Below, piece by piece: positions 9,554-18,831 of a stretch of DNA of 64,000 bases (the stretch's first letter is position 1; the number at the start of each line of letters is the position of its first letter). Under the pieces are notes generated by a model. It did not search any database. It was given only the letters and a program-made list of their open reading frames with translations, and was not told the DNA's origin. This DNA is from Candidatus Micrarchaeota archaeon (GTDB lineage Archaea > Micrarchaeota > Micrarchaeia > Norongarragalinales > Norongarragalinaceae): contig JBBIMI010000002.1 of NCBI GenBank assembly GCA_037444485.1, forward strand, positions 39-64,038. The letters run 5' to 3'. The translations under genes were made by a program, and so were the position numbers.

Positions 9554-10543
9554 TCACCGCCTGCCCCACATTCTCGCTCGCATCCGCTTTTCCACGCCCA
9601 CGCCGCCCTCTCCACGAATCGCTTTTCCGGTATAGTGAAGGAAAACGTCTTCAAGCGAAGGCTTGCGAATCTCGACGGATTCAACCGCAATGCCGTTCTT
9701 CTCCGCAATTTTCACGAGCTTGGGAACTAACTTCCCGCCGTCCCGCGCGTTGACTGCAACGAGACCTTCCTGCAGAACGCTTCCTTTGAAGCCAGCTTTC
9801 TCAAGCGCCGCCGCGAGTTTTCTCGCGCCGCGCGAGTGCAGGTAAACCATAGTCTCGCCTACCGTCTTCTTCAACTCGTCCGACGTTCCCAGCGCCTTTA
9901 TGCGTCCCGAGTCGATGATCGCGATTTTGTCACACAACTCGTCCGCCTCTTCCAAATAATGCGTCGTCAACACCATCGAAACTCCCTGCGCCTTCAATTT
10001 CCGCAAATACTCCCAAATGTGGCGCCGAGTCTGCGGGTCTAGGCCTAGAGTCGGTTCGTCAAGGAACAAAACGCGAGGAGTGTGCAGCAAACCCCGCGCG
10101 ATTTCCAGCCTTCGACGCATTCCGCCAGAGTAAGTTTTCACGAGCTTGTCCGACCAGTCGCTTAATTCGACGAGTTCGAGCACTTCCTTGATTTTCTGCT
10201 TTCGGTCGCCGCCGCTCATTCCGTAAAGCCTGCCGTGAATGTCAAGATTGTCAAAGCCGGTCAAGTGCGTGTCGAGCGTAGAATCTTGAAAAACTATTCC
10301 AATGCTTTTGCGCACGTCAAGCGGCTTTTTCACGACGTCGAAGCCATTCACGACAGCATAACCGCTGGAAGGCGTTAAAATCGTGGACAGCATGTAGATA
10401 GTCGTGCTTTTGCCAGCTCCATTCGGCCCGAGCAATCCGAACAATTCGCCCTCGCGAATGTTCAAGTCGATGCCGTCGACTGCGGTGAAATCCCCGAATT
10501 TTTTGGTCAGCTTAACCGCGTCAATAACGTTGGATTCTTGCAC
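9554..10543 (-). CDS. ABC transporter ATP-binding protein
   Basis: Walker A GPNGAGKST, signature YSGGMRRRLEIA, Walker B LFLDEPTLGLD. Short basic C-terminal extension. Confidence 0.8.
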   Translation of the reverse strand: MQESNVIDAVKLTKKFGDFTAVDGIDLNIREGELFGLLGPNGAGKSTTIYMLSTILTPSSGYAVVNGFDVVKKPLDVRKSIGIVFQDSTLDTHLTGFDNLDIHGRLYGMSGGDRKQKIKEVLELVELSDWSDKLVKTYSGGMRRRLEIARGLLHTPRVLFLDEPTLGLDPQTRRHIWEYLRKLKAQGVSMVLTTHYLEEADELCDKIAIIDSGRIKALGTSDELKKTVGETMVYLHSRGARKLAAALEKAGFKGSVLQEGLVAVNARDGGKLVPKLVKIAEKNGIAVESVEIRKPSLEDVFLHYTGKAIRGEGGVGVEKRMRARMWGRR

Positions 10544-10595
10544 TTCAAAACACCAGTCTAATTGATTTGCGCAACTTGACTTGAAATTAGCAACT

Positions 10596-11237
10596 TTACT
10601 TTAAGACCTTCCCTGTTTTTAAAAACCACAGACACAAATCCAACTCTCCCTGCGTCAAACGCGTTTTCTCACACAACCCCTCCAGCTTTCGCTCGATCTC
10701 CAAGTACCTTCTCGGCGTTACTGGCATCAATTTCGCTGAAGCAATTATCCCATGCTCGCGCAGCGCGCGGAGCACGTGCCTGTCGAGAATCGCCACGTTC
10801 TTGAAGCCCACGTTCCGCAGAAAGTGGCTGGCTTCCTTCCAGCCGACGCCGCGCGCGTTCGCGACAAGCCATTCCCTCGCGCGCTTCTCGTCCCGAAAGC
10901 CAAGAATTTTTTTCTTCAACTCGCGCGAAGTGAATTTCTTCCGCGCTTCAACGATGTACCGCGCTTTCTTGCGGTAAAAACGACATCCGCTCTCGCGCAG
11001 CCATTTCCGCAATTGCGCTTCGCTCGCGCTGCGCAGCCTGCCGGCGGACTTTTTCTCGAAGCGCAAGCCCGCTTCGGCTGAAGCGTTGGCCGTCGAAATG
11101 CAGAAGCAGAGTTCTGCCAGCCAATTCTTGTTTTTCTCGAATTCCCGCATTCGCTTTCGAATCAAGCGCGCTACACGCGTTTTCTTCAAGGCAAGAATTT
11201 TCGCGGTTATGTCATTCAAAAAAAAGCAATCCTCCAC
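10596..11237 (-). CDS. N-glycosylase/DNA lyase, HhH-GPD family (archaeal Ogg2-like)
   Basis: GVGWKEASHFLRNVGFKNVAILDRHVLR is a HhH motif with a lyase Lys and a downstream catalytic Asp. ~210 aa with no Fe-S cysteines. Confidence 0.6.
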   Translation of the reverse strand: MEDCFFLNDITAKILALKKTRVARLIRKRMREFEKNKNWLAELCFCISTANASAEAGLRFEKKSAGRLRSASEAQLRKWLRESGCRFYRKKARYIVEARKKFTSRELKKKILGFRDEKRAREWLVANARGVGWKEASHFLRNVGFKNVAILDRHVLRALREHGIIASAKLMPVTPRRYLEIERKLEGLCEKTRLTQGELDLCLWFLKTGKVLK

Positions 11238-11312
11238 TTATTTAAATTTGCTTGACGTAATAAAAAAATCTTTTCGAACATCAAGCCTGTCTGTGATTTG
11301 TGAGGTGGTTTC

Positions 11313-11621
11313 GTGTTGGGATTCATGCAGGAATTCAAAGAGTTTCTGAAAAAATACCAGGTTTTGGGTCTGGCAGTCGCATTCATCATAGGCGCTGCTT
11401 CGACCAAATTCGTTACCGCGCTCGTGAACGACATCATAATGCCCGTGATAAGCGTCGCGATTCCAGGCGGAGACTGGCGCTCTTCTGTTTTACAGCTCGG
11501 GCCCGTCAAGCTGCTCGTCGGCGATTTCGTAGGCGCGCTCATCGACTTTCTCATAATCGCTTTCGTAGTCTTCATGATAGTCAAACTCATCATGAAGGAA
11601 GACGCTGCCAAAAAGAGGTGA
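11313..11621 (+). CDS. mscL: large-conductance mechanosensitive channel MscL
   Basis: FKEFLKKYQVLGLAVAFIIGAASTKFVTALVNDIIMP is the canonical MscL N-terminus and TM1. Confidence 0.8.
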   Translation: MLGFMQEFKEFLKKYQVLGLAVAFIIGAASTKFVTALVNDIIMPVISVAIPGGDWRSSVLQLGPVKLLVGDFVGALIDFLIIAFVVFMIVKLIMKEDAAKKR

Positions 11622-11661
11622 TTGACTGAAAAGCAAAGATTATTGGAAGCTCGCCGCGAGC

Positions 11662-12126
11662 GTGTTCGTCAGTCTCTCTGCAGGCGTTATAGGCGGCTTC
11701 TTTACTTCTCCCTCGATCCCCGCGTGGTACGCTTCGCTCGCAAAACCGTATTTCAACCCTCCGAATTGGGTGTTCGGCCCCGTATGGACGATTCTGTACA
11801 TCCTGATGGGCGTGGCGTTTTTCCTAGTCTGGCGCAAGAGCGGAAGAAGGGAGGGAAAGGATGGGAGGAAAAGCAAGTACTTCAACACCGCTGCAGCGTT
11901 GTTCGGAATACAGTTGGCGTTGAACGCGTTGTGGTCCATCGTGTTCTTCGGAATGCATTCCATCGGCGGAGCGCTTGCAGTAATAGGCCTGCTTTGGCTG
12001 GCAATACTCGCGAACATTGTGTGGTTCTGGCGTTCTTCCCGCGCCGCGGCGTTGCTTTTAGTGCCTTACATCGCGTGGGTTAGTTTCGCGTCATTCTTGA
12101 ACTACGTCATTTGGACGCTGAATTGA
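11662..12126 (+). CDS. tspO: TspO/MBR family tryptophan-rich sensory protein
   Basis: Five-TM Trp-rich protein (W..L..FFL.W, LLVPYIAW). GTG start at 11662. The in-frame upstream region carries YWKLAAS, so the true start may lie a few codons earlier. Confidence 0.7.
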   Translation: MFVSLSAGVIGGFFTSPSIPAWYASLAKPYFNPPNWVFGPVWTILYILMGVAFFLVWRKSGRREGKDGRKSKYFNTAAALFGIQLALNALWSIVFFGMHSIGGALAVIGLLWLAILANIVWFWRSSRAAALLLVPYIAWVSFASFLNYVIWTLN

Positions 12127-12187
12127 GTCGAGGTTTAAAAAAAATCGTGGGAAAGACTGGCGTTAGCTACAGAAGACCGGGGGGTAC

Positions 12188-12895
12188 GTGCCAAGCGAAG
12201 CATGGCCAAGGCAGTTGAATAATCTTGAATTCTTACAACAGCAGTTGGAGAAGACCATCCGCTCTAGACGCCAGATTCATAAGAAGCTCATGAATGCAGT
12301 TCTTGATTCGATTAAAAAATCGGCTGACAGTAAAAACATCACTGTCCACAATAAGGCCGCCGATCTTTTGCTTCTTGCCGCCAAAGCGCCTGGAACGCAC
12401 CTGCCTAAGGTGGTTAAGTATGCCGCGCTCGGACTCGAACAAAGCAATCCTTACGTCGCGCACTGTTCGGCGAGTGTTTTGAGCGAGGCTGCAAAGCACA
12501 GAGGAAAGCATTTGGATGGCGTGCTGAAAAAAGCCTTCAACACCGTCGTAAAAAAAAGATATATGGACTTGAAGCTGGACGCTCGAATCCGCGCGAAGTG
12601 CGCCGAGGCGCTGGCGAACATCGCCAGTTTTGGCGACAAGCGCGCGGGAACCGCTATTCTTGCGCTGGTTGATTACGCCGAAAGCTTGGGCAGCCTCGAT
12701 GAAAGAAACTTGGAGCAAAAACGGCGCGTCGATAACGGCTACAGCATAGTTCAAGAGGGCTTCAATAAATTGGGAAATAAGAAAATCGGCGAAATCGTCG
12801 AAAAATTTTCGCCGAAAGACAAGCGGCGGTTTGAAAACCTGAAGAAGACGCTTGCCGAATGGAAGAAAAGAATTCCTCCAGAGTCCTTAATTTAA
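12188..12895 (+). CDS. hypothetical protein (alpha-helical, possibly HEAT/ARM-like repeats)
   Basis: 235-aa ORF with coding-like composition and no recognisable catalytic motif. Confidence 0.4.
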   Translation: MPSEAWPRQLNNLEFLQQQLEKTIRSRRQIHKKLMNAVLDSIKKSADSKNITVHNKAADLLLLAAKAPGTHLPKVVKYAALGLEQSNPYVAHCSASVLSEAAKHRGKHLDGVLKKAFNTVVKKRYMDLKLDARIRAKCAEALANIASFGDKRAGTAILALVDYAESLGSLDERNLEQKRRVDNGYSIVQEGFNKLGNKKIGEIVEKFSPKDKRRFENLKKTLAEWKKRIPPESLI

Positions 12896-13343
12896 ACGAA
12901 TCGAAATCCGCCGGCGGGAATTAGAAAAAGAAATCAGACTTTGTGGGAATAAGCAGATTCTTCGCCCCACCTGCACTTGGGGTTCTGCGGTTTTTTGCGC
13001 TTGCTCGGATAACTCATGGAAAACCCGTTGGTTATTGTGAACGTCCTAGCATAATAAGGTACCGAGAGAGGCATTTTCGCTTCAAGCGCGGCGAACCCCG
13101 ACGAACCGTTTACCCTAGCATCTTGGCTAGTTAATACGACAATGATGACAAAAATGACGCGAGGAGATCTAGAGTTATGATTGATATAGATTTAATTGTA
13201 AAATTTCTTTTTTCGCATTTGGAAGAAGAAGTTATAGTAATACTATTCTTAGTGATTATTTGGTTCATTTACAAATGCGTAGTACGCAGAGTTTGCTAAA
13301 TATAACTTTAGAGGAGTTGGCGGGCGCTGAACCTTTTGTCAAA

Positions 13344-13416
13344 GCGCCTTGGCCGGGATTTGAACCCGGGTCTCGGGCTCGACAAGCCCGAATGCTAGGC
13401 CGCTACACTACCAAGG
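13344..13416 (-). tRNA. tRNA-Asp (GUC)
   Basis: Minus-strand cloverleaf GCCTTGG-TA-GTGT...CTTGTCG (anticodon GTC)...GGGTTCAAATCCCGG-CCAAGGC-G. Closely resembles archaeal tRNA-Asp. Confidence 0.8.
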
Positions 13417-13440
13417 CGCTTCGAGAACGAACGAGGATTA

Positions 13441-14410
13441 CTAGCTGAAAATTTTTAGAGTCTTTCTTTTTAAAACCGTTTGGGGCGCTTTTTTCTCTTT
13501 TTCGTTTTTTCTTATTTTTTTCTTTGTTTTCTCTTTCTTTTTTCTTTTCATTTTTTCTTGTTTTTTCTTTGTTTTTTTTTGAAGCATTCTTAATTTGATT
13601 TTCTTTAGTGCCTTCAAACGTTGTTTAAGGAATTTAAACATGGGTTCGTCAACAACTAGGACTTGTTTGAGTGACTTGGTTCCGTGCGGGCCGAAATTTA
13701 CTAGCGCGTAAGCAAGCGAAAGCAATCCGCCAAACGAGGTTGAAGAAACGTTGAAGACTCGGCCGCGTGCTTTCCTAGGTGGTTTTTCTGGAGGGTGAAC
13801 TATTACTGTCAAAGGAGCTTGTTTTTCAGGGTTTGGAGCAATTAAGTCAAGAGTTTCAAGCACTTGCCCTGGCTCGAGTTTTTTTTCCAAGACAGCTTCA
13901 GCCACTCTTCTCGCGACCTCCTCTGAAATGCGCGCGTCTGAACAAATTCTTGCGGAAACAAAAAATTTTTTCGGCAGGTTGCTTAAGTTGGTTGCGCCTA
14001 CAAGCTTGGTTTTTCCTTCCTCGTGGGAGTAAACAGCGATTATTGCCCGCAACCCGTTTTTCTCCGCTGTTTCAAACAAGTTTTCAGCGTGCTTTTGAGC
14101 GTCGTCCGGCAAGTTTAACTCTAAAACTTTTTTCAACAGCGATTCTTTACGCATGCCAAAATACTTGCTTGGATTCAAACCCAATTTTTTTAATTCACTC
14201 CATAGTTCTTCAACGGTTTTTTTCGCGTGTTGCTTGTTCAAGTGTTCGAGCGCGCCGCAGCCGACGCCTGAATTAAACTTGCCTTCATGCACTAAGTATA
14301 CTGTAACATGGTTTTTTGGTGGAAGGTTTTCTGGCGCTATCGCTGTTCCAGCGATTCCGTGAATCGTCTTCAACTTCAAACAGAATTCCTCCAAAAGCTT
14401 TGTTAATTTT
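13441..14410 (-). CDS. hypothetical protein with Lys-rich C-terminal tail
   Basis: Long ORF. The listed N-terminus overlaps the tRNA-Tyr gene, so the start must lie downstream of 14424. C-terminus is KKTKKKQEKMKRKKKEKTKKK. Confidence 0.4.
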
Positions 14411-14423
14411 TTTAAACTCGTTT

Positions 14424-14568
14424 TTTTAGTGAGTCCCGCTGGCCGGATTTGAACCGGCAACACCCTGATTTCCGCGCTCGCGCGCGTTTTCTTTAACCAA
14501 ATTTTCTTTTTTCTTTTTTTGAAAAAAGAAAATTTGCAGGCTACAGTCAGGTGCTCTGCCAGATTGAG
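14424..14568 (-). tRNA. tRNA-Tyr (GUA) with ~71-nt intron at canonical 37/38 position
   Basis: CCCGCTG acceptor (C1:G72, archaeal Tyr identity), D-arm TA-GCTC-AATCTGGCA-GAGC, anticodon stem CCTGA / TCAGG with loop C-T-GTA-G, T-arm GCCGGTTCAAATCCGGC, discriminator A. A-rich intron with a GC hairpin (GCGCGCGAGCGCGG). Confidence 0.65.
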
Positions 14569-14698
14569 CTACAGCGGGAATTTCGCGGAGTTATAAAAGC
14601 CTTGTGAAAGACGCATATTTTTTGGGTGTAATTCCTTAAAAAGAATAAAGATATACAAATGAATACCTTAAAAAACGAGTAGCAACTCAATTTTTTTC

Positions 14699-16261
14699 AT
14701 GAGAGACCCGCTAGAAGCCGCGTTGTCCGCAGCCGCAGTGTTAGCGCTTGCTTTCATTCCGTTGCTTGCGTTTTCCGGTTTTTCGAATGCTTTAACTGCA
14801 GAGGAAGCCGGCGGTTTCTACGCGAATCCAGGCGAGAGCGTGACGGTCACGCTTTTTTCAAGCGAAGGAGTTAATTATGCGATGGTTAAACTCGGCGGGG
14901 TTGAATCAGTAATCCTGCGCGAGGTTGACGGCGATTACCAAGCAGAGTTGGATTCCGCAAAGTATTCCGTTCTTGTTAAAGCGTACTTGAGCGCCCAGTT
15001 CGACGCGCTTGGATTTGCGTCAAAAGCAGCTGGCGTGAAGTCAAACTTTAACGCGATTCAAAACGAGGAAGCGAATTGCATTAAGGCCGCGAAGACCTTC
15101 TTAGTCCGCGTGCACACGACGGTGCCTTACGTCTACATTTACGCTGCTGGCGTAACGACGTTCGCGGCGGAACGAAACGCGACTAACGACTTGAATGCGA
15201 CGCTTCCAAGTTTCGAAAGCGCCTTCAACAGCTTGAGCAACAGTGTTTCTGTTCTCGACCAAGCGGTTTCAAGCCGCGATGTTGAAGTGACGGTCTCAAC
15301 GCTGTCAACGATAAACGCGAAAGCAAAGGAATTCAAGACGCTTTTCCAAAAGGTTTCAAGCGACCATGCAGTAATAATACCAAATTTTCCACACGCGTTT
15401 TTTTTGAACGGAAACCCGAACAACTGCGCGCTTGAAGCCAACGAAAGCACTGCAATCGACGCGATAATTTCTTCGAGTGACGTTGGTCCACTCAAAAGCG
15501 TGAGCGAAATGGCGGCTTACATTGACTCGAAGACTAAGGAAAGACACTCCACTGCTTTAAACAAAATGCTTGCTGCGAGCCAAGAGCAAGCGCTTGCAAG
15601 CTATTCAAAGAAAGTGAGCGACTTGCGTGACGCTTACAAAACAGTTGCAGAGAAAGCAGGATTCAACGCGGTTTCCCTCGACGCGCTGTTGAAAAAGTAC
15701 GGTGAACTCAACACGCTTTACCAAAGCGTGAAAAACGCGAGCGGCGGCGAAAACACTGGCGCGGTCAAAGAACAGTTTAAAGAGAAAAGCAGAGAACTCG
15801 ACTCGCTTGCTTCCTCTTACAATGCAACCCTCGAAGATTACAATGCGAGCTTGGTTGCTGTAAGCAACGCCAGCACGCAAATCAACAATGCGGTTCGCAG
15901 GTACGGGACCGGCGACGCGCGCGTTTCCGGACTGCAGAAAGAACTTCAGGAACTGCGATTGTCACTCAAAGCAAACGAAGACAAGTTGAAAAACGCGTTG
16001 TTCACGCAAATCGCTTTCAAAGCGCTCGCGCAAAACGCGTCGAACCTCGCGCTTCGCGCGGCAATGCTCCCACCGAAGGAAAGCGAGTTCGACTTCGTGC
16101 TGCTCGGCGGGGTTATCGTGCTCGTCGCAGCGTTCGCTTACGCAATATTTTATCTGCGCAAGAAACGCCCGCCGCGCGAGACAGGCCTGCCCGTAGGACG
16201 CGTTGAGTTCGCGGAAAAAATTCAAGTCGGACCAGGCAGCAGCGGCAGCAGCAGCGTTTAA
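14699..16261 (+). CDS. secreted coiled-coil surface protein with C-terminal TM anchor
   Basis: N-terminal signal or TM segment (AAVLALAFIPLLAF), long Ala/Ser/Asn-rich helical region, C-terminal TM (LLGGVIVLVAAFAYAIFYL) plus KKRPPRE tail. Confidence 0.5.
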   Translation: MRDPLEAALSAAAVLALAFIPLLAFSGFSNALTAEEAGGFYANPGESVTVTLFSSEGVNYAMVKLGGVESVILREVDGDYQAELDSAKYSVLVKAYLSAQFDALGFASKAAGVKSNFNAIQNEEANCIKAAKTFLVRVHTTVPYVYIYAAGVTTFAAERNATNDLNATLPSFESAFNSLSNSVSVLDQAVSSRDVEVTVSTLSTINAKAKEFKTLFQKVSSDHAVIIPNFPHAFFLNGNPNNCALEANESTAIDAIISSSDVGPLKSVSEMAAYIDSKTKERHSTALNKMLAASQEQALASYSKKVSDLRDAYKTVAEKAGFNAVSLDALLKKYGELNTLYQSVKNASGGENTGAVKEQFKEKSRELDSLASSYNATLEDYNASLVAVSNASTQINNAVRRYGTGDARVSGLQKELQELRLSLKANEDKLKNALFTQIAFKALAQNASNLALRAAMLPPKESEFDFVLLGGVIVLVAAFAYAIFYLRKKRPPRETGLPVGRVEFAEKIQVGPGSSGSSSV

Positions 16262-16337
16262 ATTTTTTCTTTTTTTATTTTTCAACTTGGTTTTCGTTTT
16301 AGTTTTCTTTAGTTTTCGAGAGAAGGCGATTAAAAAG

Positions 16338-16410
16338 TGGGGAGACCGAGATTCGAACTCGGGTCTCCAGCTCCCAAAGCTGGCAGGATGCCAAGCTACC
16401 CCATCTCCCC
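16338..16410 (-). tRNA. tRNA-Pro (UGG)
   Basis: GGGGAGA acceptor / TCTCCCC, anticodon stem CCAGC / GCTGG with loop TTTGGGA (anticodon TGG, G37), T-arm CCGAGTTCGAATCTCGG. Confidence 0.75.
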
Positions 16411-16484
16411 CAAAAACTTGCAGTAAGTTTATAACATCATTTATAGCGTCGCGTGGTTAAAAAAAGCGCGGCGGGTTACTGGAA

Positions 16485-17411
16485 TCACTTTTTGCTTGCT
16501 GCAACGCGTCCGCGCGGCTTGGGAATCTTTAACTCCGGAAACGCGGAGTTCAATGCGTCTAAAGTCGCGAAAGGCGCATAGCCGGAATACTCGAATACGC
16601 GGTCTAAAAACAATTGGAGCGCGAGCCGCGGCTTGCGCGGGCTTAACGTAGAGATTTTCGCTTCCACGCCTTCGCCAGCAACGCATGAAAGCATTTGCTG
16701 GAGTTTCGAGAAAGACTTGCGTTCGCTGAAGTTCTTCAAAAACGATTCAACGAGCGAAGAGAATTGTTGTGCTTGCATTGTCGAGTCGAAAGCGAGTTCT
16801 GAAAGCTTTTTTTCTATCGAGAGAAAGCTCGAGGCGAGAAAGTAAAACGTTTCCTTTAGTTCGGCGCCTGCGGCGGCTTTCTTCACTACGCGCCAGGATT
16901 CGAAGTCTGCAGCGAGCATGCATTTTCCGCCGGCTTCGCTTTTGGCTGTAAATCTTGAAACGTCAGTTTCATTCGAAAAAAGTTTTTCGTAAAACGCGTT
17001 AAGAAAGCAAGCCCACGCGAGCGGCATCGCATCCCGCTTTTTCGGAAGCGAGGCTTTCGCGTCAACTGCGACTGCAGCTTCGCTGCCTTCGCCAGCATGC
17101 GTCCGGAATTCAGGCGAAAGAAAATTTCGTAAGTTGCCTTCAACTTCTGATGGCTTCAACACGCTTAAAGCATTCGCCAAGCCAGAGAGTGTTGAAGCTT
17201 GCGCTGCGTGGGGCGCGGCGAGTGCTTGAATCGCGCGCGCGTCGAAAGGCGCGTAATCGAATTGTTTTGTGAGGCAAATCCTGCGCGCGTCTTCAAGGAG
17301 TGAACAAACGTTTTCGCGCGTCAGCTGGACGCCTTCAAGTTTTTTTTCGAAAACCAAGTTTTTCAAGCGGGCTTGAAACAAGACGAACATTTTTGATGCG
17401 CCACCTTCCAC
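16485..17411 (-). CDS. hypothetical protein (last gene of the exosome superoperon)
   Basis: 308-aa ORF directly downstream of rpl37ae on the same strand. No recognisable motif. Confidence 0.4.
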   Translation of the reverse strand: MEGGASKMFVLFQARLKNLVFEKKLEGVQLTRENVCSLLEDARRICLTKQFDYAPFDARAIQALAAPHAAQASTLSGLANALSVLKPSEVEGNLRNFLSPEFRTHAGEGSEAAVAVDAKASLPKKRDAMPLAWACFLNAFYEKLFSNETDVSRFTAKSEAGGKCMLAADFESWRVVKKAAAGAELKETFYFLASSFLSIEKKLSELAFDSTMQAQQFSSLVESFLKNFSERKSFSKLQQMLSCVAGEGVEAKISTLSPRKPRLALQLFLDRVFEYSGYAPFATLDALNSAFPELKIPKPRGRVAASKK

Positions 17412-17480
17412 TCTTCAAGCTTGACTTGCTTTACTTGATTGGTTTGTTGACTTGCTTTACTTGCTTGGGTTTGCTTAGCT

Positions 17481-17744
17481 TTATCGACTTGCTTGGGTTT
17501 GTTGTCGAGTTTGAACTTGGCTGCTGATTGCTTCAATTATTTTTCGCGCTGTGGAACCAACAGTTGTTTCTGGAACGAAGGCGCCGCCAGCAAATTCAGT
17601 GTTGCAAGACTTGCAGCGCCATAACGCGAATCCCACGCGCTTGACGCGTTTTTTTCCGCATTGCGGGCACGCATGCCGTGCTTTCAGCGCTTCAGTCGCT
17701 TTCTTTATGCGTTCCCTGATTTTCTTTCCGTACCGCGAAACCAT
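17481..17744 (-). CDS. rpl37ae: 50S ribosomal protein L37ae (eL43)
   Basis: MVSRYGKKIRERIKK...CPQCGKK...WRCKSCNTEFAGGAF is C4 zinc ribbon plus the AGGA motif. Start placed at internal Met. The listed N-extension is unlikely. Confidence 0.8.
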   Translation of the reverse strand: MVSRYGKKIRERIKKATEALKARHACPQCGKKRVKRVGFALWRCKSCNTEFAGGAFVPETTVGSTARKIIEAISSQVQTRQQTQASR

Positions 17745-17844
17745 TGTTTTTTCTTCACCTTGTTTTCGAAAACAAAAAATCAATAAATCAATTTTTTTTC
17801 GAACGCGTTTAAATTTTTCAAACGCGTTTAAACGCTTTCGACTT

Positions 17845-18624
17845 TCAAACGTGTTCGAGCAGTTCCTTCCGTTTTTCGAAAGCCACATCAATCAATTCAA
17901 GCAACTCGCTTTCAGTAAACCCAGCTGCGCCGCTTTTTTGAACAGCGCAAACGTGCTCGTCGTCGGCAGTCGCGATTGAAACGCGTCCGGAACTCGCGAC
18001 TTCCTCCTCGTTAGTAGCGTCTAGAACGATTTTCCCGTCGATTTTCTCGAAGGAACTCGTCACGACAGTCTTCTTTAACTCGAGGGGACCAACGAATTCG
18101 GTGCGCACTAGCGCGCCATTCTCGTACTTCGGTACACGCGCGCTTGCCAGCGCTGCTGCAGCGGCGAGTGAAGCGCAGTCTACGAGGTTTCCAGAGTGGT
18201 CGAGAACATGCAAGTCGATGAATACGCCCATGACTTTCTCGCCTGGAATCCCGATTTTGCCGAGCGCCTGCAAGTCGATTGCTCCAGCGCTGCGGATTCC
18301 CCTGTCTATTACGCGCGCGAGTTCAATGCTGTTCTCGTTTGGAGGGCCTGGCTCGAATTCCGGGTGCGCGATTGGCGAGAATTCGGCGTTGACTATGAAC
18401 ACGCCTTCGTCAAGACGGTCCGGGAAAGGCGCAAGCAAATCGAATTTTACTGCAGCGATGACTTTAGTGTCGCCGATGCGTGCGAACGCGCTGCCCTCGT
18501 CGTTCGGCAAATAGTTTTTCTGCGCGCTGACTTCCCGGTATTGCATGAATTTCCTTCCGTCCAGGCGCTTGTTCTTCGACAGCAGGTCTTTAATGAAAGC
18601 TTCCTTTACTTCGTCTAAAATCAT
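17845..18624 (-). CDS. rrp42: exosome complex component Rrp42 (RNase PH-like, non-catalytic)
   Basis: RNase PH fold signature (RLDGR...GSAF..IGDTKV). Sits in the conserved rrp4-rrp41-rrp42 order. Confidence 0.8.
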   Translation of the reverse strand: MILDEVKEAFIKDLLSKNKRLDGRKFMQYREVSAQKNYLPNDEGSAFARIGDTKVIAAVKFDLLAPFPDRLDEGVFIVNAEFSPIAHPEFEPGPPNENSIELARVIDRGIRSAGAIDLQALGKIGIPGEKVMGVFIDLHVLDHSGNLVDCASLAAAAALASARVPKYENGALVRTEFVGPLELKKTVVTSSFEKIDGKIVLDATNEEEVASSGRVSIATADDEHVCAVQKSGAAGFTESELLELIDVAFEKRKELLEHV

Positions 18625-18831
18625 TTCTTTAAAACCACCTTTTTTGAAAAGCGCGGTAAAATAAAAATGCGGTAATCATTTTGTTATTGAAAACCATTTT
18701 CAGCATTTCACGTTCACTTTTTCCCTCGCGCCAGAATTCTTTTCCCACACCAACATTTCATTTTTTTCTCGCACTTTACTTTCCCTTGCCTTACTTTCTT
18801 TACTTTCTCTTACCCTTTTCTCTCCCTTGCC

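Noticed and set aside
12931-13140. Possible SRP (7S) RNA
   Set aside because: A GGGAAUAAGCAG segment vaguely resembles the helix-8 GGAA…AGCAG motif. It lies at the wrong end relative to a GGCUAG-like 5' element, and no Alu-domain or helix-6 features are present.
13149-13200. C/D box sRNA (AUGAUGA at 13149)
   Set aside because: No D / D' CUGA boxes occur at the expected 12-nt spacing, and there is no terminal stem.
16203-16460. 85-aa ORF with poly-Ala and hydrophobic repeats
   Set aside because: It overlaps tRNA-Pro(UGG) on the opposite strand. It is a low-complexity translation of a T-rich spacer.
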